Virus record (IMG/VR): IMGVR_UViG_3300043009_000101
Strand: one strand, 5' to 3'
Source: a virus
Lineage: Duplodnaviria; Heunggongvirae; Uroviricota; Caudoviricetes
Length of the DNA: 64,000 nt
The notes below the pieces were generated by a model. It searched no databases and was not told the DNA's origin. It saw nothing but the letters and a program-made list of their open reading frames with translations. Shown here piece by piece: positions 52,320-61,185 of this stretch. A program made the position numbers and the translations under genes. Positions within the stretch are counted from its first letter, which is position 1, and every line of letters starts with the position of its first letter.

Positions 52320-53516
52320 CTATCCCACATATTCGAAAGTAAACAATTTCTCAAAAATACGAACCATTACAGGCACAACAATAGAATTACCAAACTGTTT
52401 GCGGGCTTTGGAATCAGATTGCACAGATAAAATCTTCGTAATATTTTCCTCTGAAACACCCATTAGTCTGCCGAATTCTTTTACAGATAATTTACGGACA
52501 TTGCCTGTGGCATCAATTACAGCAGTTACAGTATTGTGGTTCTCTTTAATCGTAGGAACAATACCGTTGATGCTCACTATCTTGCTGGAATCGAACTTAC
52601 TCTTCATATAATTGCCTAAGGAAACAATACTATTAAACCGTTCTAGTTGGTTTATGAAATCTGTATCTTTATACTTTTCTGCACAGCTTTTAGCATACTC
52701 GTTGTGAATATATAATCTGGATTCAGGCTGAATGTCTGTATCTAAATAATCCCGCAAATATTTTGTAAGCGAAATCGGTTCAGGAAAAGTGTACGGAGTT
52801 GGATGATTTAGAATACTCACCATATAGCACCGTTCCCTATTCTGTGGTATATTTCCATATTCTGCTGCATTCAGAACCTGATACGAATTTGTATACCCGA
52901 TTGATTCCAAATAAGCACACCAATCATCAAAATCTGCTTTGTTTCGCTTGGAAATGATTTGCTTTACATTTTCCATAAACAGAATCTGCGGAAGTTCTTT
53001 CCGTGAAGCAATCAATTCGTTGAACAACCTTTCAATTTCCCAAAGCAAACCGCTCCTCGTACCACTGCCTTTTTTCATGCCTCGCAAATTCCCACTCATA
53101 GACAAATCTACACAAGGAAAACTGTATGTGAGCATGTAAGTATAAGTTTCTGTGTTGGTGATACCCAGTTCTTCTGCCTGTATTCTTGTGATACTGCCAA
53201 GGTTGTGTGTGGCTGCAAATTCGTTGTAAACTTTTCTGCACCAAGGTTCTTTTTTCTTCAACAATGCTTCTTTGCTTAATGCCTGTTTGTCGTCTATGGT
53301 GATTTGCAAGTTGGCAAGATAGTTCACCACTTCTTCGAAACTGAGATTGGCAGATGCATCTGGTATGACTTCGGTATGCACGGCTGCATACGATGTGTTG
53401 GCTGCTACATTCCATTCAGATATGCGGTAATGCTCGTAATCTATATCTAATTGGTCTAGTGCCATTGCTTGGCTGCCATAGCCTGCAAATAGTTCTATTA
53501 ATCTTACTTTCTTCAT
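52320..53516 (-). CDS. DNA (cytosine-5)-methyltransferase with variant motif I
   Basis: LFAGYGS (motif I), SFPCVDLS (PC), FMENV; 398 aa. Confidence 0.85.
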   Translation of the reverse strand: MKKVRLIELFAGYGSQAMALDQLDIDYEHYRISEWNVAANTSYAAVHTEVIPDASANLSFEEVVNYLANLQITIDDKQALSKEALLKKKEPWCRKVYNEFAATHNLGSITRIQAEELGITNTETYTYMLTYSFPCVDLSMSGNLRGMKKGSGTRSGLLWEIERLFNELIASRKELPQILFMENVKQIISKRNKADFDDWCAYLESIGYTNSYQVLNAAEYGNIPQNRERCYMVSILNHPTPYTFPEPISLTKYLRDYLDTDIQPESRLYIHNEYAKSCAEKYKDTDFINQLERFNSIVSLGNYMKSKFDSSKIVSINGIVPTIKENHNTVTAVIDATGNVRKLSVKEFGRLMGVSEENITKILSVQSDSKARKQFGNSIVVPVMVRIFEKLFTFEYVG

Positions 53517-53584
53517 GCATATTCCCTTTCTCTATGTTTAGATTAACATAGTGGAAATGGAAAACTGGTTGGAACAGATGGTTG

Positions 53585-53715
53585 GGTGCAGATAGTACTG
53601 ACACAAGATAGTACTGCCACAAGATAGTACTGCCACAAGATAGTACTGCCACAAGATAGTACTGCCACAAGATAGTACTGCCACAAGATAGTACTGCCAC
53701 AAGATAGTACTGCCA
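53585..53715. repeat. Tandem repeat, 18 bp x about 7 (ccacaagatagtactg...)
   Basis: Directly visible; translated artefact ORFs cover it. Confidence 0.95.
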
Positions 53716-53718
53716 CAA

Positions 53719-53769
53719 GAAAAGGCACGAAGTCCGGTGAATGTAATGAACCGAGGTCTCGTGCCTTTT
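53719..53769 (-). terminator. Family-A hairpin acting as a terminator for the upstream 3-gene array
   Basis: aaaaggcacgaagtccggtgaatgtaatgaaccgaggtctcgtgcctttt; on the minus strand the stem is followed by TTTTCTTG. Confidence 0.55.
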
Positions 53770-53781
53770 ACTTACTGAATA

Positions 53782-54159
53782 TTATTTTGTTGTTTTTACC
53801 TTTACGGTATAGGAATTCAGAACAGTATTTCCAAACTCGTCTGTGGATACATCTTCGAACTGGTACTCATCGAAAAAATCTAAATCGGATTGGTAAGATA
53901 ATTCCACGGAATCGTCTTCTGTACGATAGAATACCGCAAGAATATCTGGATAGGCGGAAGCATCATCTGGCACAATAATTTTAATCTGGGCATAATGTCC
54001 GTCAGCAAATTTTGCTTCGTAAAGTTCTTCCTCATACCGATGCATGCCGTATTTATTATAGATTTGCTCGCCTGTGCTGTTGAGTAAGTTCTTTACTGAC
54101 TTAGTTTCGGCGGGTGTGAGTTTGATTGTTGATGTGTATTTATGTGCATATTTAGGCAT
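53782..54159 (-). CDS. Family-X (subfamily 2) protein, MPKYAHKYTSTIKLT...NSYTVKVKTTK
   Basis: First of three tandem paralogues. Confidence 0.65.
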   Translation of the reverse strand: MPKYAHKYTSTIKLTPAETKSVKNLLNSTGEQIYNKYGMHRYEEELYEAKFADGHYAQIKIIVPDDASAYPDILAVFYRTEDDSVELSYQSDLDFFDEYQFEDVSTDEFGNTVLNSYTVKVKTTK

Positions 54160-54168
54160 TGGGACGGT

Positions 54169-54582
54169 TTACTTCTCCTTTTCTGTATATGGCTTTATTC
54201 TGACTGTATATAGATTGCGAGCGGGATTGCCCGTGGATTCCGTGGTATCTAGCTCAAATACCCAGTTCCCAAAGAAATAGGATTCTTCACCCGTTAGAGA
54301 CTGATAGTCCAGCGGGCTGTCTGTATCTGTGGGAAGATAAAATTCTGCTTCTGTATATGGTGCATACATGTCTAAGCTGGGTGAATTCAGAGAAATGACA
54401 GCAATATGCCCGTCTGTGAATGTGGCTTGGCATTGATACAATACGGTACGATATGTGCCGTTGTAGAGGGTATCTATCTGCTCGTCTGTGAGATTTTCCC
54501 AGTCTAGTATTTCTTGGACTAGGTTCGTATCTTCTTTGCTTAACTTGATTGTTGCTTGATATTTGTGAAGATATCTTGACAT
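54169..54582 (-). CDS. Family-X (subfamily 2) protein, MSRYLHKYQATIKLS...LYTVRIKPY
   Basis: Tandem paralogue. Confidence 0.65.
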   Translation of the reverse strand: MSRYLHKYQATIKLSKEDTNLVQEILDWENLTDEQIDTLYNGTYRTVLYQCQATFTDGHIAVISLNSPSLDMYAPYTEAEFYLPTDTDSPLDYQSLTGEESYFFGNWVFELDTTESTGNPARNLYTVRIKPYTEKEK

Positions 54583-54587
54583 AGTTT

Positions 54588-54989
54588 TTATTCGTCTCCG
54601 AAAGGCTTTACAATAGCCGTATACAGATTTACAACAGGTTCGCCGTTGGCATCGGTTGTTTCTACTTCAAACTTCCAATCTTGAATTATATAAGGATATG
54701 GACTTGTTGCAATTTTGGAATCCGTGACAATACCATTTCTTATTGCATAAAAATGTGCTTCACCATAGATTACAGAACCAAACTGTGTGGCACAAAGGGA
54801 AACATCTGCAATATGCCCATCACGAAACTTCAATCTGCAAGAATACAATACTAATTTATCTGTTGCCTGCTGCATAGGTGCAAGCTGCTCTGCTGTTAAA
54901 TTCTCGGGCTTATTCACAAAAAGCATATAGTTAGAATCTGCTTCACTCAGCTTGATTGTAGATTGATATTTATGAAGATATTTTGGCAT
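54588..54989 (-). CDS. Family-X (subfamily 2) protein, MPKYLHKYQSTIKLS...LYTAIVKPF
   Basis: Tandem paralogue. Confidence 0.65.
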   Translation of the reverse strand: MPKYLHKYQSTIKLSEADSNYMLFVNKPENLTAEQLAPMQQATDKLVLYSCRLKFRDGHIADVSLCATQFGSVIYGEAHFYAIRNGIVTDSKIATSPYPYIIQDWKFEVETTDANGEPVVNLYTAIVKPFGDE

Positions 54990-55061
54990 GGTAAGAATCG
55001 CCTCGCTTTCACTTTATACAATAGATATAGAAAATTTGGGTGAGTGGGAGTGAAAAAAAAA

Positions 55062-55502
55062 TCAGAGCTTGTATGCATCTTGATTTCTATGCGGGATACC
55101 CAGATGAAGCTGATGCATCAAATGTTCTCTGTGGGCATGCAGCCGCTGCTCGTAAATCTGTCTGTGGGTGTCTATCTCGGACGGAATGATATGCTGGTCT
55201 GCATTGAGTGCTACCTTTGTACTGGAACTGGAGAGGGCGGTTTCTAAGGTATAAATCGCTGCTGCTGTAATGGTGATGTCCACTCTGGCTTGCATAGAAT
55301 ATCGCATGGCTGTTTCCAGCTTGCATGTAATCTTGCCAAATCGAAACAAGCCTGTGGTTAGATTAATATCGAAATCTGTGCAAGCTATCAGTCTGTTATG
55401 GCTGAGTATATAGGCTGTGCCACCTTGCTTGCCGAGATAGACAAGGGATGGTCCGTATTCGAATATGTCTGGTTTGATGATGTCTCCTACTTGCAGTCGC
55501 AT
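55062..55502 (-). CDS. Hypothetical protein (146 aa, GC-rich) sitting between two paralogue arrays
   Basis: AAAGGAG RBS; about 50% GC against about 36% for its neighbours. Confidence 0.5.
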   Translation of the reverse strand: MRLQVGDIIKPDIFEYGPSLVYLGKQGGTAYILSHNRLIACTDFDINLTTGLFRFGKITCKLETAMRYSMQARVDITITAAAIYTLETALSSSSTKVALNADQHIIPSEIDTHRQIYEQRLHAHREHLMHQLHLGIPHRNQDAYKL

Positions 55503-55639
55503 GATGGCTCCTTTCTGGGTTGTATGTAATTATATTGGTTTCTTGATTGTAAAGAAAGTATAGCACGAAAAGAGAGGTGTGGTAAAGGTGGAAAAGGAAA
55601 CAAAAAAGGAACAGCTGTTGGCTGTTCCTTTTTTTGTAA

Positions 55640-56419
55640 TTATTCTGCTATTCCAATCTGGAAATGGAAAGGTTCCTTAGAATCCTCTTTTACTTTTGTA
55701 AATTCATAATCACCCAAGATATTTGCAGAAGGATAGTCCTCGGAAGCCATATGATATGCAACCTGTTCCACTGCGTCCACATTGTCGTCTACATAGTATA
55801 GCAACTGTATTTGTACATAAGGATAATATTCAGCACGATTTGCTTCAATAGAAATTCTTAAATACCGATAGCCAGTAGAATCTATTACTATATTTTCTTG
55901 CCACAATGTTTTTGTTTCTTCTGTATTATCTGAATTACCTGAGAAACAAATACTTGTAGGTGTTTTAAGTAATAAATTTAGCTTTTGTACAACAGTTTTT
56001 GGCATACAAAATTTATTATCTCCAGAATAGTAGAAAGCATAGAAAACAGGCAAGTTGAAAGTGTTGCAAACATAACCCTTTGTATTTGGACTAATCCATC
56101 CTTTACAATTATCATCTAAGATTAAAGTATAGGTGTCTTGTGTATAAGGGTCTTTTACTACATATTTTCCAAGAAAATCTTCATGGGGTGTACTCATATC
56201 CAACATATTGGAATTTTCGTCATACAATACGGCTGCATAAGCAACATATTCATCTTCACCCGGGTCATAAGGTGTTACAACTACTGTAAAACCCGTTGGG
56301 AATTGCCAGCTTTTAGCCACAAGAGGTGCATATTTAGTGAAATCACAGGCTTCCATCCATTCTATATGCAGCCTGTGCATTCTTGGATTTAAATGTAATG
56401 TTTTTTGGTAATTTTGCAT
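55640..56419 (-). CDS. Family-X (subfamily 3) two-domain protein, MQNYQKTLHLNP...
   Basis: N-terminal domain ...LGKYVVKDPYTQDTYTLILDDN; second domain begins ...MPKTVVQKLNLLLKTP. Confidence 0.7.
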   Translation of the reverse strand: MQNYQKTLHLNPRMHRLHIEWMEACDFTKYAPLVAKSWQFPTGFTVVVTPYDPGEDEYVAYAAVLYDENSNMLDMSTPHEDFLGKYVVKDPYTQDTYTLILDDNCKGWISPNTKGYVCNTFNLPVFYAFYYSGDNKFCMPKTVVQKLNLLLKTPTSICFSGNSDNTEETKTLWQENIVIDSTGYRYLRISIEANRAEYYPYVQIQLLYYVDDNVDAVEQVAYHMASEDYPSANILGDYEFTKVKEDSKEPFHFQIGIAE

Positions 56420-56442
56420 AGTGTATTTTCTCCTTTATTTAA

Positions 56443-57195
56443 TTAGTCTGTTGTTCCGATATAGAAATTATAGAAATCTGGTAAGCAATAGCCTTGCTCA
56501 TTTGCAAGTTCATATGCCCCAAGTATATTTGCAGGTTTATTTTCTGTGGTTTTATGTGCTGTAGCTTTATGTGTACCAAATTGGCCTTTATCACCATCTG
56601 GGCCATCTGGTGTCAACAACTGAAGTAATACATAGGGATAATTCTCGTTACGGTCTGCTTCAATAGTCATTCTCAGATACCAATACCCGTCAGCATCAAC
56701 GGTTACATTCTTTTCCCACAAAATTTTATTTTTACTAGTTAGTTTACCGTGGGCTTCAACTGGTGTTTGCAGTAGGATATTCAACTTGTTTACTTCACTC
56801 TTTGGCATATACAGCTGCTCAAACAAACCAGTAGTGTCCCCTTTCAAAGCATAACCTTCGGTGTTGAATGTAATCCAATCCTTACAATTATTATCAAGAA
56901 TTAAGGTATAAACATCTTGTGTATACGGATTTGTAACTGTATATTTACCAAGATAATCTGTATGTGTTTCACTCATATTGATGAGATTGGAATTAGCATC
57001 CCAAAGATATGCGACAAAACCTACATTATTATCATTTGTTCCAAAAACACTTACTTGCATTATCAGACCTGTTGGAAACTGGTAACTTTGTACAAAATAA
57101 GAGGCTACATATTCTACATAATCTTGGCTTAGTGCATATAAAGCAGAAAGCACATCTGTTGGTTTTAAATGTAATGTTTTTTGATATTTTTGCAT
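56443..57195 (-). CDS. Family-X (subfamily 3) two-domain protein, MQKYQKTLHLKP...
   Basis: AAAGGAG RBS; LYMPKSEVNKLNILLQTPVEAHGKL second domain. Confidence 0.7.
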   Translation of the reverse strand: MQKYQKTLHLKPTDVLSALYALSQDYVEYVASYFVQSYQFPTGLIMQVSVFGTNDNNVGFVAYLWDANSNLINMSETHTDYLGKYTVTNPYTQDVYTLILDNNCKDWITFNTEGYALKGDTTGLFEQLYMPKSEVNKLNILLQTPVEAHGKLTSKNKILWEKNVTVDADGYWYLRMTIEADRNENYPYVLLQLLTPDGPDGDKGQFGTHKATAHKTTENKPANILGAYELANEQGYCLPDFYNFYIGTTD

Positions 57196-57217
57196 AAAAA
57201 GTTTCTCCTTTATTTAA

Positions 57218-57937
57218 TTATTCTGTTGTTCCGATATAGAAATCTGTAGGTAAATCCACATCAGATATATTCATAAGTTCATATGCACCAAGAATATTTG
57301 CGGGTTTATTCTCGGTTGCTTTATTTGTACCAACTTGGTACTCATCGCCATCGAGTGTCAGCACCTGAAGTTGTACATAAGGATAATACTCTGTACTGTC
57401 TGCTTCAATAGAGATTCTCATATACCAATATCCTTCATTGTCAACAGTTACATTTCTTTTCCACAAAGTTTTAGATTTACTCATTAGTTTTCCGTGAGCT
57501 TCAACTGGTGTTTGCAACAAGATATTTAGTTTCTGTACTTCACTCTTTGGCATATACAGATGCTTGCACCAATCTTTGTTCCATTTTAAAACATATCCCG
57601 TTGTGTTTGGAGTAATCCAACCCTTACAATTATCATCAAGAATCAAGGTATAAACATCTTGTGTATAAGGATTTGTAACTGTATATTTACCGAGATAATC
57701 TGTATGTGCATCGCTCATATTGATGAGATTTGAATTAGCATCCCAAAGATATGCCACAAAGCCTACATTATTATCATCAGCACTAAACACACTTACCTGC
57801 ATTATGAGACCTGTGGGAAACTGATAGCTTTGTGCTAAGTCAGGAGCTGCCGTTAAAGTAGATTCCCTTATGTCTTTATTCAAATCGTATAGCACATTGA
57901 GTGGGCTTAAATGCAATGTCTTTTGATATTTTTGCAT
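57218..57937 (-). CDS. Family-X (subfamily 3) two-domain protein, MQKYQKTLHLSP...
   Basis: Same architecture, about 80% identical to its neighbours. Confidence 0.7.
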   Translation of the reverse strand: MQKYQKTLHLSPLNVLYDLNKDIRESTLTAAPDLAQSYQFPTGLIMQVSVFSADDNNVGFVAYLWDANSNLINMSDAHTDYLGKYTVTNPYTQDVYTLILDDNCKGWITPNTTGYVLKWNKDWCKHLYMPKSEVQKLNILLQTPVEAHGKLMSKSKTLWKRNVTVDNEGYWYMRISIEADSTEYYPYVQLQVLTLDGDEYQVGTNKATENKPANILGAYELMNISDVDLPTDFYIGTTE

Positions 57938-57954
57938 AAAAAGTTTATTCTTTC

Positions 57955-58686
57955 TTACTTTTCAGTTGTTCCGATATAGAAATCTGTTAGTAAATCAGAC
58001 TCATAGTTTTCACTAAATTCATATACACCAAGAATATTTGCAGGTTTATTCTCAGTTGCTTTATGTACACCAACTTGAGCTAATAAATCATCCGCACATA
58101 GCACTTGAAGTTGTACATAAGGATAATCCTCTGTAATATCTGCTTCAATAGACATAATCATATAATAAAATCCTTCCATATCAATAGGTACATACCTTTC
58201 CCACAAAGTTTTATTTGTATGAGTTAGTTTACCATGAGCTTCAACTGGTGTTTGTAGCAATATGTTCAGTCTGTGTACTTCACTCTTGGGCATATATAGC
58301 TGTGTACACATAGTTGCATGGAAAGCATTATAGTTCACAACATACCCTTCTGTGTTTGTAGTAATCCACCCCTTGCAATTATCATCAAGAATCAAGGTAT
58401 AAACATCTTGTGTATAAGGATTTGTAACTGTATATTTACCAAGATACTCTGTATGAACATCACTCATATTGATGAGATTGGAATTAGCATCCCAAAGATA
58501 TGCTACGAAACCCAAGGTAGTGTTATCAGAACTACACACACTTACTTGCAATATAAGACCTGTTGGAAACTGATAACTTTGTACTAAATGTCTTGCTGCA
58601 TCCGCAGCATTATCAATTTGGCCATTATTTAAAACAAAGAGTACTCCGCGGGGATTTAAATGTAATGTTTTTTGGTAAGTTTGCAT
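57955..58686 (-). CDS. Family-X (subfamily 3) two-domain protein (start at MQTYQKTLHLNP)
   Basis: GGAGAAAGGAA RBS before ATG at 58686 (the track ORF starts 24 codons earlier). Confidence 0.7.
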   Translation of the reverse strand: MQTYQKTLHLNPRGVLFVLNNGQIDNAADAARHLVQSYQFPTGLILQVSVCSSDNTTLGFVAYLWDANSNLINMSDVHTEYLGKYTVTNPYTQDVYTLILDDNCKGWITTNTEGYVVNYNAFHATMCTQLYMPKSEVHRLNILLQTPVEAHGKLTHTNKTLWERYVPIDMEGFYYMIMSIEADITEDYPYVQLQVLCADDLLAQVGVHKATENKPANILGVYEFSENYESDLLTDFYIGTTEK

Positions 58687-58949
58687 ATTATATTCCTTTC
58701 TCCATTTATTATCATTTATTATATTGAGGAATGCTTGTACCATTAGATACTGATACACACCTCTTAAATTATAAGAAATTCCTACTAAGATAATTGAAAA
58801 AATATCTAAGTGCTGTATTCATAATACTAGATAAAAACTGTTGCAAGCAAATTGGCTGCAAGTACAGGCTGCACAATTTCGGAATACCCGTTGCATTCAT
58901 GCTTACATATTCTTTTGGTGTGCCTACACTCATTTCTAGAAATAGGTCA

Positions 58950-59445
58950 GACAGCTACATGAAGTGAATCTGAGGGCAAATTCTAAGCGATGTGAATAAA
59001 TACTTGGTGCGGAAATGTTGTTCGTTAGAGAGCGATTATGAGGGCGATAGGGCAAGGTGAAAATATAGCAGCTAGACTGAGAAAATACCCTCGGAAATTA
59101 GAGGGAAAAGTTAGGCATACCTAGGGCTGGTGGCTGCATAAAGTGAATCTGAGAGCGAAGTATGATGTGGGTGAATAAATACTAATGCAAGAAAATTTAT
59201 TCATTAGAATGCGATTGTGTGGGTGATAGAGTGATGTGCTATGAAAGAAAATCAGTCTTTGACTGGGAAGTTACCTGTGAAATAAGAGGGAAAATATAGG
59301 TGGACATAGGGCTGTCGGCTCCATAAAGTGATTGTGCGGGCAAAGTATGAGGTAGGTGAACAAATACTAATGCAAGAAAAGTTCTTCGTTAGAATGCGAT
59401 TGTGTGGCTGATAGGGTGGACTGAAAATTCACTATCACAAGATGA
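58950..59445. repeat. Tandem repeat, about 180 bp x 3 (about 80% identity), upstream of the subfamily-3 array
   Basis: Units begin at about 58956, 59138 and 59316 (cataaagtga.t.tg.g.gc.aagtatgatgtgggtgaataaatactaatgcaagaaaa.tt.ttc.ttagaatgcgattgtgtgg.tgatag.gtg). Confidence 0.8.
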
Positions 59446-59451
59446 AAACTA

Positions 59452-59484
59452 TACAAAGAAAAGGCACGAGATACCGTGCCTTTA
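59452..59484 (-). terminator. Rho-independent terminator for the gene at 59488..59850
   Basis: aaggcacg-agatac-cgtgcctt, with a TTTTCTTTG tail on the minus strand. Confidence 0.6.
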
Positions 59485-59487
59485 TGC

Positions 59488-59850
59488 TTATGCATACTTA
59501 TTAATGATTTCCAGAATACCCGCTGTGGCTTGCTGAGTTGCCTGACATTCTGCATCCGTCTGTACTCGGAATGTAGGGGCTTGGTTCTTTACAATTACTT
59601 GCACAAGCTCTTTGATTTCTTTCTTGTGCTGGTCGGAATATCTTCCGGGTTGAATAGTATATGTTGCAGCTCGAAAATATGTCGTCTTTCCGTCTGTTGT
59701 AGTTGGCACCGTTTTGTTGTACTGAAGTGTGTTCGCTTCATCAAAATAGTACCCGTTGCCAAGGTAGAGAATGGAGGGGGAGGCTGCTGTTGTCAGCTTG
59801 CTTCCAATTCCTACATTCTTTGCCTGTACTTTGACTTTTTTCTTGCTCAT
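59488..59850 (-). CDS. Hypothetical protein (120 aa)
   Basis: AGGAGG RBS. Confidence 0.6.
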   Translation of the reverse strand: MSKKKVKVQAKNVGIGSKLTTAASPSILYLGNGYYFDEANTLQYNKTVPTTTDGKTTYFRAATYTIQPGRYSDQHKKEIKELVQVIVKNQAPTFRVQTDAECQATQQATAGILEIINKYA

Positions 59851-59923
59851 ATTTGTTCCTCCTAAATGCTATGAATCTTACTTGTGTTGAAATGTGTGCG
59901 ATGGTTCGTTGTGGGTATATGTC

Positions 59924-60439
59924 CTATTTCCCTTTTACTACAAACTGCTTGCCATGACTGTGAAAGGATAAATGTGCTTTATGCTCGGTGTCTTTCAACC
60001 AACCATCTACCATCGTCCACAATTCTTCCCTTTCATTCAACATCTTTTCGCAAAGCTTCGCATACTCAGCTTTGCCTGCTTTGTACTCGCTCAGCTGCTC
60101 CGCTGTCAACTCCGGCTTCGCACCATCTTCTTCTGGTGCAGTCAATATTCTTTCTGTCGGCAGCAAGTCTTCTCGCAAACTTTCCAGGTCTTCTGCAATA
60201 CCCAGACATTCCATCGCTTTATCCGTTACTTCATCAGGCAAGTCCTTGTGCCCTACTTTCTCATATACTTTGTCCCCAAATCGTACATGACATCCTTCTT
60301 CGTCTGCCTCGCTCTTGCCTGTCAGCTCCCGCAAATCGTACATGTTCGTTAAATAAATGCTATCCCCTAGATATAACAGGCGGTCTGTGATGCCGCTGTC
60401 TTTGTCTTCGTAAAGATAAATATCACCAAGTTCTATCAT
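59924..60439 (-). CDS. Hypothetical acidic protein (171 aa, GC-rich)
   Basis: AAAGGAA RBS before ATG (MIELGDIY...). Confidence 0.5.
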   Translation of the reverse strand: MIELGDIYLYEDKDSGITDRLLYLGDSIYLTNMYDLRELTGKSEADEEGCHVRFGDKVYEKVGHKDLPDEVTDKAMECLGIAEDLESLREDLLPTERILTAPEEDGAKPELTAEQLSEYKAGKAEYAKLCEKMLNEREELWTMVDGWLKDTEHKAHLSFHSHGKQFVVKGK

Positions 60440-61185
60440 ATAACTCACCGTTCCTTTCTGTGTTCCTTTGCTTCTATTATACTATGTGCCTTTTTGTGGA
60501 ACAAAAACGGTGGCAAACAGTTCTCACCAATACAAAAACCCCTTGTGGGGTTTTGTGTTGGTAAATACTGAATGAAGCTGAATTCAGAAAAAGGTATCTA
60601 TGCATATGCTTCGCCCTGCGGCCAGATTCCCTCTGCAAGAATACAGTATCTGTGCCTGATAATACCCTGTTGCCAGAATGCAACTAACTCCGCTTCGCAC
60701 AATATGTTGCTGCTTGCATATGCTTTCTAGCCGCAAGATATACATACCGCCAAGTCAGGCGGAACAGAAAATACCCAACAACAGTAGAAAAGAAGAGGTA
60801 TCTTTCAGCTAACCTGAATACGGTGGAAATAATATCTTCGCCTAAAAAATGTATTGCATGCAATACATTTCTGTGCCTAGTTGCAACTAATACCCTCGTC
60901 TTGTCGAATACACCGCATCTGCTTATGCATGTGTTCTTGCTGCTAGTCTGTATCTGGCGAAATAGTATCTTGCAACTAAACAAATCTTAGGCGGGCTTGC
61001 ACTCGTTGGAAACAAGTGCAACTTAATCCACCATTACTGCATGCAACTGCAACTGTGGCGGAGATACTTGCTTTCACATAAACCGTATCTGCTGCAATTA
61101 CCCTCATTGCCACAATGCATATAATTCTGTCTGCTCCTAATCGAATAATTGCTTTCAAATAATCTGTGTCTGAGAGGAGGAATAT

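Noticed and set aside
53416-53728. ORFs encoding repeated 'STILWQYYLVAVLSCG'
   Set aside because: Translation artefact of the 18-bp tandem repeat at 53585-53715.
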